64,000 nt of DNA from Macrostomum lignano (taxonomy: Eukaryota), in assembly GCA_002269645.1 (NCBI GenBank), contig NIVC01001598.1, positions 115,692 to 179,691 on the forward strand, in the 5' to 3' direction. The position numbers and the translations under genes were made by a program. Under the pieces are notes generated by a model. That model worked only from the letters and a program-made list of their open reading frames with translations, had not been told where the DNA came from and searched no databases. This document shows, piece by piece, positions 1 to 8,040 of this stretch (position 1 is the first letter of the stretch; each line of letters starts with the position of its first letter).

Positions 1-583
1 AGAAAGCGACAGCATCAATCGAAACTAGTAGCAGCCAACGAATCAAAGAAGCGGTCGAAAGCCCCAAGAAGGATACGAAAGTAAAAACTGCCGAAAAATC
101 TACTTGCAGAACGTCGAGTGTGTGAACCGAGTGTTTTGCGCGAAATGGAGCCGCATGCCTGACTTGGACTGGGCGAGCGCACGGACATTTCGCAGACCAA
201 GAGCTCTTATCAATTTGCGAATAGGGAAATGTACAATCAACATTTTTCAGCGTTCTTTGTCTGCAATTGTATTCGGTTGTCGCTCCATCAACCAAGTTTT
301 GCGTCTTTTTCCTCAATGTAAACCAATTTCTGTTGTTGTTACCACTAGTACTTACCGCGCTGAAGTAGACAGATGGCCAAACTTTTTCCAAATTGCATAC
401 TCCGGGTCCCGCTGGGTGAAGTGGGAGTGTGAAGTTTTCAATGGAATAGTAATAAAGTCTCCATTTCGCAATGCTAAATGTTTATTATGCGGAAAGAATG
501 GCCGCCTTGTTTTCCTTGGAATACGAAACTTTAAAGAGCTCTGTCAAATGTACGATCATGTGACTAGCGTTTTGCATGTCTAA
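1..583 (+). CDS. TBP-like (TATA-binding protein fold) protein, 5' partial, apparent -1 frameshift at the A5 run 94-98
   Basis: Manual alignment to both TBP core repeats: YLQNVECVNRVFC vs QLQNIVSTVNLGC; RALINLRIGKCTINIF..IVFGCRSINQ vs FAAVIMRIREPRTTALIF..VCTGAKSEEQ; WECEVFNGIVIK..NGRLVFLGIRNFKELCQMYDHVTSVL vs [38 protein letters not shown]. There is no in-frame ATG before LQN. The frame starting at base 3 is open to 98 and joins this frame if one A is added. Confidence 0.75.
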
Positions 584-723
584 TCCATGTAGCTGTTGCG
601 TAACTTTACTGCTTTACCACTGTACCGAATTTGTATGTACGTACAAGCTGCTATGAAATTGTCTATAAATATATTGTGCATAAATTGCAGTGCACTGCAA
701 CCAACATCTTTTTGCTAAACAAA

Positions 724-1080
724 ATGACAAACGGAATCTCCAGACTATGTTCTTGTCGCGGCGAGCTCGCAGAGCTCGCCAAAGCCCGTCCCACTCTTCG
801 GCGGGCCATTATTCGAGGTGCAGGCAAGGAACTGATTCATTGTCTCTGTGAATTGAGTCACAACGTGCTCCGGGGAAATATCGATCTTTCTCCGAAACAG
901 TATCTACGATTAAAGCGATACAGAAGATCGTTGCGTGAATTGGCAGACACAAAATTGTCTATAAATAGGAAGAAGAATATGCTTCTCTCGAATCCTCAAG
1001 TTGGTGGTTTTCTACCCATCCTTGCATCCGTTGCTGCACCGCTAATATCAAGCCTGTTTGGCGGACTACTTGGTCGCTAA
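724..1080 (+). CDS. Basic Maverick core protein with adenovirus pX/Mu-like C-terminus (118 aa)
   Basis: K/R-rich body ending QVGG|FLPILASVAAPLISSLFGGLLGR, resembling adenovirus pX (MRGG|ILPLLIPLIAAAIG). ATG 724 is preferred over the GTG at 631 because a TATA-like motif sits at 663. Confidence 0.7.
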   Translation: MTNGISRLCSCRGELAELAKARPTLRRAIIRGAGKELIHCLCELSHNVLRGNIDLSPKQYLRLKRYRRSLRELADTKLSINRKKNMLLSNPQVGGFLPILASVAAPLISSLFGGLLGR

Positions 1081-1081
1081 A

Positions 1082-1732
1082 ATGAATAAATACGTTGTTG
1101 TACCAGAAGAAGAATTTAATAGACTAAGTCAAGGCGCACCCCGAGAAATTGCATCCAAAACAGAATATGAAAAACTCATTGAATACAACACTCAACTCCA
1201 AAATAAACTAAGTCAGATCAAGCAAAAGAAGAGTAATCGTTTTCCTGAACGACAACAACGTGTTTGGGACATGCTGACAGAAAGATACCCAAATTTGGAG
1301 TACAACAAGTCGTGGGAAATTGTATTTGATGGAAAAACCTGGCCAGGAAGCAATATTTTCGATCTATTGAAGGAGATTACATCGAATGAAAGGCGCGACC
1401 GCCCAAGCCCAAAATATAGTACCGCTTTTTGGGCCCTGACCGAAGAGGTAGATATTGCAAAAGCTCTACAAGGACGACGCCAACAAGAAGAAGTCAGTGT
1501 GAAAAAAGAAGTCGGCACGGATCCGGATCGAGACGATTTTTTAGTCGAGCAAGCAATTGGAACTAATGATTTCTACAACGACTTCCACAAAGACCAAGCC
1601 AGTGGCCTGAATGAAATTAAAAAATATGAAGATCGTGGCAGCGATGCCTACAGGCATGCTTCATACCAACTTCGCGAACCAAAGAGGCGGCAGAAACCAG
1701 CAGTAAAATACGAGACGTTAAAAAAACTATAA
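1082..1732 (+). CDS. Conserved Maverick hypothetical protein
   Basis: ATG directly follows the upstream stop (TAAAATG). MNKYVVVPEEEF start and WEIVFDGKTWPGSNIFDLL motif resemble an ORF commonly adjacent to Maverick integrases; function unknown. Confidence 0.65.
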   Translation: MNKYVVVPEEEFNRLSQGAPREIASKTEYEKLIEYNTQLQNKLSQIKQKKSNRFPERQQRVWDMLTERYPNLEYNKSWEIVFDGKTWPGSNIFDLLKEITSNERRDRPSPKYSTAFWALTEEVDIAKALQGRRQQEEVSVKKEVGTDPDRDDFLVEQAIGTNDFYNDFHKDQASGLNEIKKYEDRGSDAYRHASYQLREPKRRQKPAVKYETLKKL

Positions 1733-1869
1733 ATAGAAATCATTTTCATGATTTATAATCTGTTTTTGGATCATGGGTGCCGCAGCTGTAACTTCAAAGC
1801 TTTGCTCAGACAAACCGTCTGTGGAGTTCAAGTGTAATTACTCATGCTGTGCATCGAATCTAGTTGCGA

Positions 1870-2937
1870 ATGAGGGTGAAAACCGCTCTTCGGAGAGTGT
1901 ACGAACAGGGGGACGCCGCTTTTACAAATGCTGCCCGTGTATATCAGGAGGCCAAACGGCTGGTCCCCTCCCTGACGAGACGCCAAACAGACGAATGGCT
2001 GAAGACCCAATCGAGCTACACCCGGCACAAGAGGGTTAAAAGAAAATTCCAAACCGGAAAAGTAATGTCAGGAGGCTTCATGGAAACTGTGCAAGCGGAT
2101 TTGATGGACATGTCACGATACGAACAATGGAATGATGGTCATCGATATATTCTAGTTGCAATTGACGTGCTTAGTAAATTGGCTTTTTGTCAGTCAATAA
2201 AATTGAAAAGCGACACTCCAAAGGCTTTTGAAAGCATGATCAAAGACTTCCCCATTAAGCCTTTATATCTACACGTTGATCGAGGTACCGAGTTTTATAA
2301 CAATCGCATGCAGAACTTACTGAAAGCCCATAATATCAAAATGTACAGTACAAACTCTGTATACAAGGCAAATATGGCTGAAAGGCTGATTAGGACTCTC
2401 CGAAAACGTTTAGCTCGCTACTTTGAGCATAAAAACACGTGGCGTTGGATCGACTATTTGCCAATATTGGTTAAAAGTTACAACAACACAGTACACTCTA
2501 CTATTGATATGAAACCTTCGAGTGTCGGTCTGCACAATCAAAAAGAATTGTGGGAAAAGCTCTACAAGGATCCTGAATATGATGAACCAGTTTACCAAAA
2601 AGGGGACTTTGTCAGAATTTCAAAATCTCGTCGAGCCTTTGACAAGGAAGCATACGATATGTACAGCGAAGAAGTTTACGTTGTGTCTCAAGTATGCCCG
2701 GGACCGCCTCATTTTTATCGCATTTCCGACCTATCTGGAGAACAAATCGAGGGTCGATTCTACTATAATGAACTTTCAAAGACGGTTCGACCGGACCGCT
2801 TTGTTATAGACAAAATTCTGCGTCGCAATGTCATCATCAATGGTGTCGCTCATCATTTCGTTAGTTGGCGCGGCTATCCCGAGTCGTTCAATGCATTTGT
2901 ACCAGTTGAGGAAGTTATAAATATAAGACAAGGATGA
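1870..2937 (+). CDS. Retroviral-type (rve) DDE integrase with C-terminal chromodomain
   Basis: QADLMDM (D), YILVAIDVLSK, HVDRGTEF (D), AERLIRTL (E), YNNTVHSTIDMKP; chromodomain FVIDKIL...FVSWRGYPESFNAFVP. Open and intact. Confidence 0.95.
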   Translation: MRVKTALRRVYEQGDAAFTNAARVYQEAKRLVPSLTRRQTDEWLKTQSSYTRHKRVKRKFQTGKVMSGGFMETVQADLMDMSRYEQWNDGHRYILVAIDVLSKLAFCQSIKLKSDTPKAFESMIKDFPIKPLYLHVDRGTEFYNNRMQNLLKAHNIKMYSTNSVYKANMAERLIRTLRKRLARYFEHKNTWRWIDYLPILVKSYNNTVHSTIDMKPSSVGLHNQKELWEKLYKDPEYDEPVYQKGDFVRISKSRRAFDKEAYDMYSEEVYVVSQVCPGPPHFYRISDLSGEQIEGRFYYNELSKTVRPDRFVIDKILRRNVIINGVAHHFVSWRGYPESFNAFVPVEEVINIRQG

Positions 2938-2971
2938 ACACACATACACTCGAAACGTGTAGTATATTACA

Positions 2972-4126
2972 ATGCATCTATTCCTACCTAGCAATGCGTG
3001 CGTTGAGCACTATCCTGAGAATAATTCGGCACATTATAGCATTAATTTGCCCGACACCCTCCACTTTCCGAATCATGAAGTCTGCATCGAACGGATCTAC
3101 TTTTGTAAAGAATTCAAAACCGTCCCCGATAATCGAATGGTTGATGTCCTGACCAACGCTCCCGAGGATGAAGTGATTGACATTGAGGTGAGAGAAAAAC
3201 CCGCCTCCACGTATAAACAGTTTGCGTCGGTTTCTCTCGCCGCGGGGCTATCAACAGCCAACGAAGTGGTTGATGCAATCATCGCCGATCTAAAATATGA
3301 GCAAGACGATAATGCGATGATTTGCATTGAGCGTTCACAGGAAGGCCAAATTTCAATTGTGAACAAATCATGGTATGGTGCGAACATTAGGCTGTCCAGT
3401 AATGTGCGTAGCATGTTTAAAAAGGTTGATGACGCTGGAAATAAATCAAATATCGAAGTAACGACTTTTTTATTAAACCCAAGAAATTCGTTAGTATTCG
3501 CTATAGAATTGGAGTCCTCCTCCTCCATAGAGAGTCCGATGACTCTAACGTTTGAAAAGAGTGTCTGGCCTTCTAGAACGTCACTGCGGATTGCTAAAGG
3601 ATTCTACCGCACGCCTGACGAGCTCTTAAATTATGTTAATGGAGCGCTTTGGAGCGTCGTTTCAAAGCTCCCAATAAGTCCAGCGACGAGAGTGGATGCA
3701 TTCCACTACAACCCTTTTCTGAACCGGTGTGAGTACAAACCCATTGAAAACATTTTATTCGACATTGGAGAGCTTGCTGCCATTCTCGGCTTTCGCGAAG
3801 ATGTTTTCAATGAAACTCCAAAGACCGCTAAACGACCAATCGATTTAACAAATGGTGTACAAACTATGTACATCTATTCAAATATTGTCGACTCTGCCAT
3901 TGTTGGAGACGTCAAAGTCCCCCTGCTTGGGGCAATTCCTTTGAATGAAAAGGTATACGGCGAACGAGAGTACTACGAGTTTGTCAATCCATCCTACTTA
4001 CCGTTGGTGAAACACCCATTCAAAACCATTGAGGTGCAAATCTGTGACGATATGGGCAAGTTAATGGATCGGATTCTTCGAGGCAAAACTGTTTTATCGA
4101 TCAACATTCGTGAAATTAAGCTATAA
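2972..4126 (+). CDS. Minor capsid protein (penton, single jelly-roll), 384 aa
   Basis: N-terminal LFLPSNACVEHYPENNSAHYSINLP and C-terminal MYIYSNIVDSAIVGDVKVPLL...YLPLVKHPFKTIEVQICDDMG are typical of Polinton minor capsid proteins. Confidence 0.88.
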   Translation: MHLFLPSNACVEHYPENNSAHYSINLPDTLHFPNHEVCIERIYFCKEFKTVPDNRMVDVLTNAPEDEVIDIEVREKPASTYKQFASVSLAAGLSTANEVVDAIIADLKYEQDDNAMICIERSQEGQISIVNKSWYGANIRLSSNVRSMFKKVDDAGNKSNIEVTTFLLNPRNSLVFAIELESSSSIESPMTLTFEKSVWPSRTSLRIAKGFYRTPDELLNYVNGALWSVVSKLPISPATRVDAFHYNPFLNRCEYKPIENILFDIGELAAILGFREDVFNETPKTAKRPIDLTNGVQTMYIYSNIVDSAIVGDVKVPLLGAIPLNEKVYGEREYYEFVNPSYLPLVKHPFKTIEVQICDDMGKLMDRILRGKTVLSINIREIKL

Positions 4127-4170
4127 ATAAAGAAGTTTTCACGAATAAAAGGTAGCAACTGATCGACAAT

Positions 4171-4512
4171 ATGCCTTCAATCTTGATCGGAGGAGCTTTA
4201 CCGGTATTTTCCGGTGCACAGCGCGGCAACGGCCTGTTTGGCAGCATTGCCCGATTTGCCCTGCCAATTTTAAAGAGTTTTGGCAAAAATATTCTTCGCC
4301 ACGGAACACGAGCCCTAGCTACAACAGTTAGCGACACACTCGATCAAGGCGGGAACTTGAAAGAAGCGGCATTGCGTAACTCTGTCCAGGCAGCTAAAGA
4401 TGCTTTCAAGGACACAGTCGCACAACGAGGTAGCGGCAGACAAAGACGAAGAAAGATGACTAACAAAAAACGAGAAAAAGACTGCAGCATTCTGATATTT
4501 TCGACTCTATAA
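4171..4512 (+). CDS. Small protease-processed core/membrane-active protein (113 aa)
   Basis: QRGNG followed by the amphipathic LFGSIARFALPILKSFGKNILRHG; a second QRGSG is followed by a basic tail RQRRRKMTNKKREK. Lies between penton and MCP. Confidence 0.7.
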   Translation: MPSILIGGALPVFSGAQRGNGLFGSIARFALPILKSFGKNILRHGTRALATTVSDTLDQGGNLKEAALRNSVQAAKDAFKDTVAQRGSGRQRRRKMTNKKREKDCSILIFSTL

Positions 4513-4581
4513 ATAAAAAAACCCGTGCCAATAACTGATCTGTCTATTAGAGCACCACACTAAGCCGCTGTTGAAAGAAAA

Positions 4582-5863
4582 ATGACTGAGTGCCTGTGTA
4601 CAAAGTCGGAATTCGAGCTTTTGCTCCTCGCGCACACCAAATTGCTGCAATTAGCGCCACCACTGAAGAAGTTCACCCTGTTGCCAGTGTTGAAAATGCC
4701 AGCGTGGTCGAATTTAGGATTGTTGGTGGTGAGACGTTTATCGATCTTAACGACATTGACCTCGAGATTAAGGCCCGCGTTAAGCAGTCTAATGGTACAA
4801 ATCTTGCTGCTGATTCGAATGTTGCGCCGGTCAATTACGTCCTTGAAAGCATGTTTAAAAACGTCACGTTGACAATCAACGGGACACACGTAGAGTCGAG
4901 CAATAACAACCACGCTTACAAGGCCTATATTCGCACGTGTTTGAATTACGGACACGATTCAAAAACCAATCAACTGAGAATGATGGGCTACGCAAAGGAC
5001 GCTGGAGGTCAAATGGCTGTGGTTGGAAATCCTGGCTTTGTAGCCCGCAAGGCGATGGCGGCAAACTCACGCACCTTTCACCTTTATGGACCTCTTAGTT
5101 TAGACTTTTTTGTTACCAACGACCGAATGCTACTGCCATACACTGATATGGTAATTACGCTGACCATGCACAATTCCGGCTTCGTTCTGGAAAACCACGC
5201 GGACGGGGTTGATGCGCGGCTAGTACTCGAGAGTGCCAAACTACATGTGCGCCGCGTCAAGGCAAACCCCCAATTGGCATTGGAGATTGAAGAACAACTA
5301 GGCAAACAGAATGCAATCTATCCGATTGAGCGACTTGTTGTGCACAATACTTCAGTGGCTGGCGGTGTTCGGGACATGTCAATCAATAATATATTTCCTG
5401 AACAAAAGCCTAAACTAGTGGTTGTTGGCATGGTGAACAGCGGCGCATACAACGGTGTGGCTACACATAACCCGTTTAATTTTGAACCGTTTGGGCAGAC
5501 AGTGTCGCTCTGTATAAGGACGGAGTCAGTCTGTGTGGACAACCGTTTACTCCTCGATTCGGTGTTCATAACTATGCTCGCGAGTATGCCATGCTACTAA
5601 AAAGCCTAGGAAAGATGAATCGGGACCTGGATATTGACGTATCATATTCCGACTATGGAGCTGGCTACTGCTTCTTCGCCTGGAATCTCATGCCCGACAT
5701 GGAGCTGGGCGGGCATAGCATGCCTCGCGAGCGAGGGAATCTGACGCTACAAATAAAGTTTTCTGCTGCCTTGGCCGCAGGAATCAACGTGTTGGTGTTT
5801 GGCTACTTTGACAATACTGTGCAAATCACTCGCGGTCGTCAGGTTATTCTAGACTACGTGTAG
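4582..5863 (+). CDS. Major capsid protein (double jelly-roll), ~427 aa when two -1 frameshifts are corrected
   Basis: MTECLCTKSEFEL(F) start, FIDLNDIDLEIK, APVNYVLESMFKNV, NPFNFEPF, YSDYGAGYCFFAWNLMPD, GNLTLQIKF, YFDNTVQITRGRQVILDYV. Adding one T at 4619-4622 and one G at 5493-5495 joins track ORFs 4582, 4590 and 5591 into one frame. Confidence 0.92.
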
Positions 5864-5913
5864 AAACAAACATCTCTTTTTTATTCTCGAATAACGACCA
5901 TATTCATGCCGAT

Positions 5914-6338
5914 ATGAATAGTCTAGATATATTAGAACGTCTAATACTACCTGTCCCTGTTCGAGTAACACCAGTTGACAGGATTCCGCAGCCTGTTTAT
6001 CCTGCTGCAATCTACCAGGCACTCACTGGGCTTTAATTTGTCTTCATGCCGATGAGAGCGTGACATTTTTTGACCCCTTGTGTATCGATCCTGTGCCAGA
6101 TTTATTAAAGTTGTGGATCGCAAAGTATGTCCCTGTGGAGGTGGCCATGAACCGGCATCCTGTACAGCATCCGCTGAGTGTGACCTGCGGGGCTCATGTA
6201 ATATTTGTGGCTGAAAAACACTTTCTGGAGGGTCTGTCAATTGAAAAAATATTGCGCGACTGTTATAGCACAAATCTTTACGAGAACGACTTGATGGTGC
6301 AGAATCACTGTCTACAAATAAAGCAGCATCATCCATAA
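5914..6338 (+). CDS. Adenain-like cysteine protease, frameshifted near 6010-6013
   Basis: Second frame has PGTHW (His), FFDP (Asp) and QHPLSVTCGAH (Gln/Cys). First frame reads MNSLDIL...TPVDRIPQPVYPAA. The frames differ by -1 and the usual hhNTD strand before PGxHW is missing. Confidence 0.85.
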
Positions 6339-6340
6339 AT

Positions 6341-6991
6341 ATGATTGGGCGGCCTATCAAAATGTATCAAACAATAGACCCCGATTCTTTAAAATTTGCC
6401 CCCAAAACGTCGGCAATTTTTGCTGGGGTGGCTCAAAGCGGCAAGACCACACTTGTGAAAAACCTATTGAGACAAGAATTTTTTCAAGATCCGAAGCCGA
6501 TTCGCGTTGACTGGTTTGGCCACTATCCGGATCCTGAACTGTTTGAATTGCCGTACCCTGTAAATTTTCGTTCGTGTACATTTGATCCTGAACAATATGT
6601 CCCTGAACCAAATATTCTGCTTGTCGTCGACGACCAAATGCATGTCATGGAAAAGAGTGGCGCTTTTACAACTTTTTTCACGCGCAAAGTCTCCCACGTG
6701 GGGTTCCGACTTTGGTATCTTGTGCAAAACCTGTTTGCAAAGGGTAAGGAGCACCGAACTCAGTCGCTCAATTCTAACTACCTTGTTTTATTCCGCAATG
6801 TACGGGATGCCAGCACAGTGTCTCATATTGCAAGGCAGCTGGTCCCCACTAATCCAAAAAGTTTTGTCAAAACGTATGAGGATGCTACTCGCGACCCCTA
6901 CTCATACTTGATTGTAAACTGTTTGCAAAATGCTCCTGCTCGCTATTATTCAAACGTTTTGGGTCGTCACCCAATTGTGTATGCTAAATAA
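6341..6991 (+). CDS. A32/FtsK-like DNA packaging ATPase
   Basis: Walker A GVAQSGKTT, Walker B ILLVVDD, then LVQNLF and RTQSLNSNYLVLFRNVRD. Intact; the start could be 6341 or 6362. Confidence 0.93.
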   Translation: MIGRPIKMYQTIDPDSLKFAPKTSAIFAGVAQSGKTTLVKNLLRQEFFQDPKPIRVDWFGHYPDPELFELPYPVNFRSCTFDPEQYVPEPNILLVVDDQMHVMEKSGAFTTFFTRKVSHVGFRLWYLVQNLFAKGKEHRTQSLNSNYLVLFRNVRDASTVSHIARQLVPTNPKSFVKTYEDATRDPYSYLIVNCLQNAPARYYSNVLGRHPIVYAK

Positions 6992-7224
6992 ATATACGTA
7001 TCAAAGCTCGGCTGGCTTTTTGTGTAAATATATATACGCCTTTTGAAAACTTATTTGGGAGAGGGGTTGGTGGATGACGTAATTGTCTCGGAGTGTCGAC
7101 GAGGGCTGAATTCTAGAGAATGAAGTATGGAAGGAGTGGATATAACAGTGTGGATAGCGGCGATTTACAGCGGCTGACTCATCATGCCTCCGCGCGCGGG
7201 GGGCGCCAATTTTGTAGGGGTCAC

Positions 7225-7455
7225 AGACAATTCTGTGCGTACATCAATTTTGGGTGTATATATGGACAAGTAATAATATGGACAGTTATGGGGTGGGCGG
7301 ACGCTACAATTCTGCGCGTACACCAATTTTGGGATGGACAGTAAATATGGACAAGTAATAATATGGACAGTTATGGGGTGAGTGGGCGCTCTAATTCTGC
7401 CAATTTTTGGTATATGGACAGTTAATATGGACAGTTAATTCTGCGTACACCAATG
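7225..7455. repeat. Maverick subterminal repeats (probably part of the terminal inverted repeat)
   Basis: ATGGACA seven times (7262, 7278, 7334, 7347, 7363, 7414, 7427), and an AATTCTG..CGTACAYCAAT block three times (~7229, ~7308, ~7437), in non-coding DNA after the last ORF. Confidence 0.7.
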
Positions 7456-8040
7456 CTGCATTGTGTGGGGATGGGGGCGCGCGCGTTTCTATACGTACAA
7501 CAACGGTGAAGCGCTAATTATGCGTACTATATTGTACTAGTCGTCGCTTCTGTACGATACAGTGTACACTGATTACATGTATAGATTTTACATGAGAGTA
7601 TAAATGTCTCACATAATGACTCTGGACCAATTAGAATCGGTCTAATGTATTTAGATAGGCGTTGAATTTGCATTGGCTCTGACACCCACCTCACCTCCAA
7701 AATCGACACTTATCTGCACGATACGTAGTGACACTGTCACTCTTACACAATTACACACACGCTGTCAGTGACACTTTAGTAAGTCACAAACCCTAGATTC
7801 ACAGATACAAACACAATCTTCACTAATCTTTATAGCTTTCAGATAAATAGATTCACAGGTCCTTAATTTACAGATTTTTATGACCAATTTACCATGTTCA
7901 AGCTGGTCAACAGCACCATAAGCCGTTTGGCTGCCTTCAGAGATACATTACCGATAGCATAAAATTGTACTTACTGAGTGACGTCATTGCATGCGACCCA
8001 ATTTCGACATGCGCTTGTGCTTCATAGCACCAGAGAGACC

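Larger units (their letters stand above)
663..6341 (+). promoter_or_regulatory. Recurrent (C/T)TA(T/C)AAATA TATA-like element upstream of each viral gene
   Basis: CTATAAATA at 663, 959, 1727, 4121, 4507; TTATAAATA at 2915; CTACAAATA at 5747 and 6312; CCATAAATA at 6333. Each lies 50-167 nt before the next ATG except 6333, which abuts ATG 6341 (29 nt before ATG 6362). Confidence 0.7.
1..7530 (+). mobile_element. Maverick/Polinton (adintovirus-like) endogenous dsDNA virus, right-hand portion
   Basis: Intronless, tightly packed, co-oriented ORFs encoding rve integrase, penton, double-jelly-roll MCP, adenain protease and A32-like ATPase: the Polinton hallmark set. The element runs off the left edge; the right end is only estimated (~7528-7538). 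Confidence 0.95.

Noticed and set aside
2065-2085. MSGG|F adenain consensus inside the integrase
   Set aside because: A single short match is easily due to chance, and cleavage there would separate the N-terminal region from the core without supporting evidence.
1213-6754. Minus-strand and alternative-frame ORFs overlapping the viral genes (e.g. 1213-1518, 3097-3528, 4560-4955, 5947-6360)
   Set aside because: Shadow ORFs of well-supported genes with no recognisable motifs.
1-7530. Protein-primed DNA polymerase B of the Maverick
   Set aside because: No PolB motifs in any listed frame; presumably upstream of the window, so its presence cannot be claimed.
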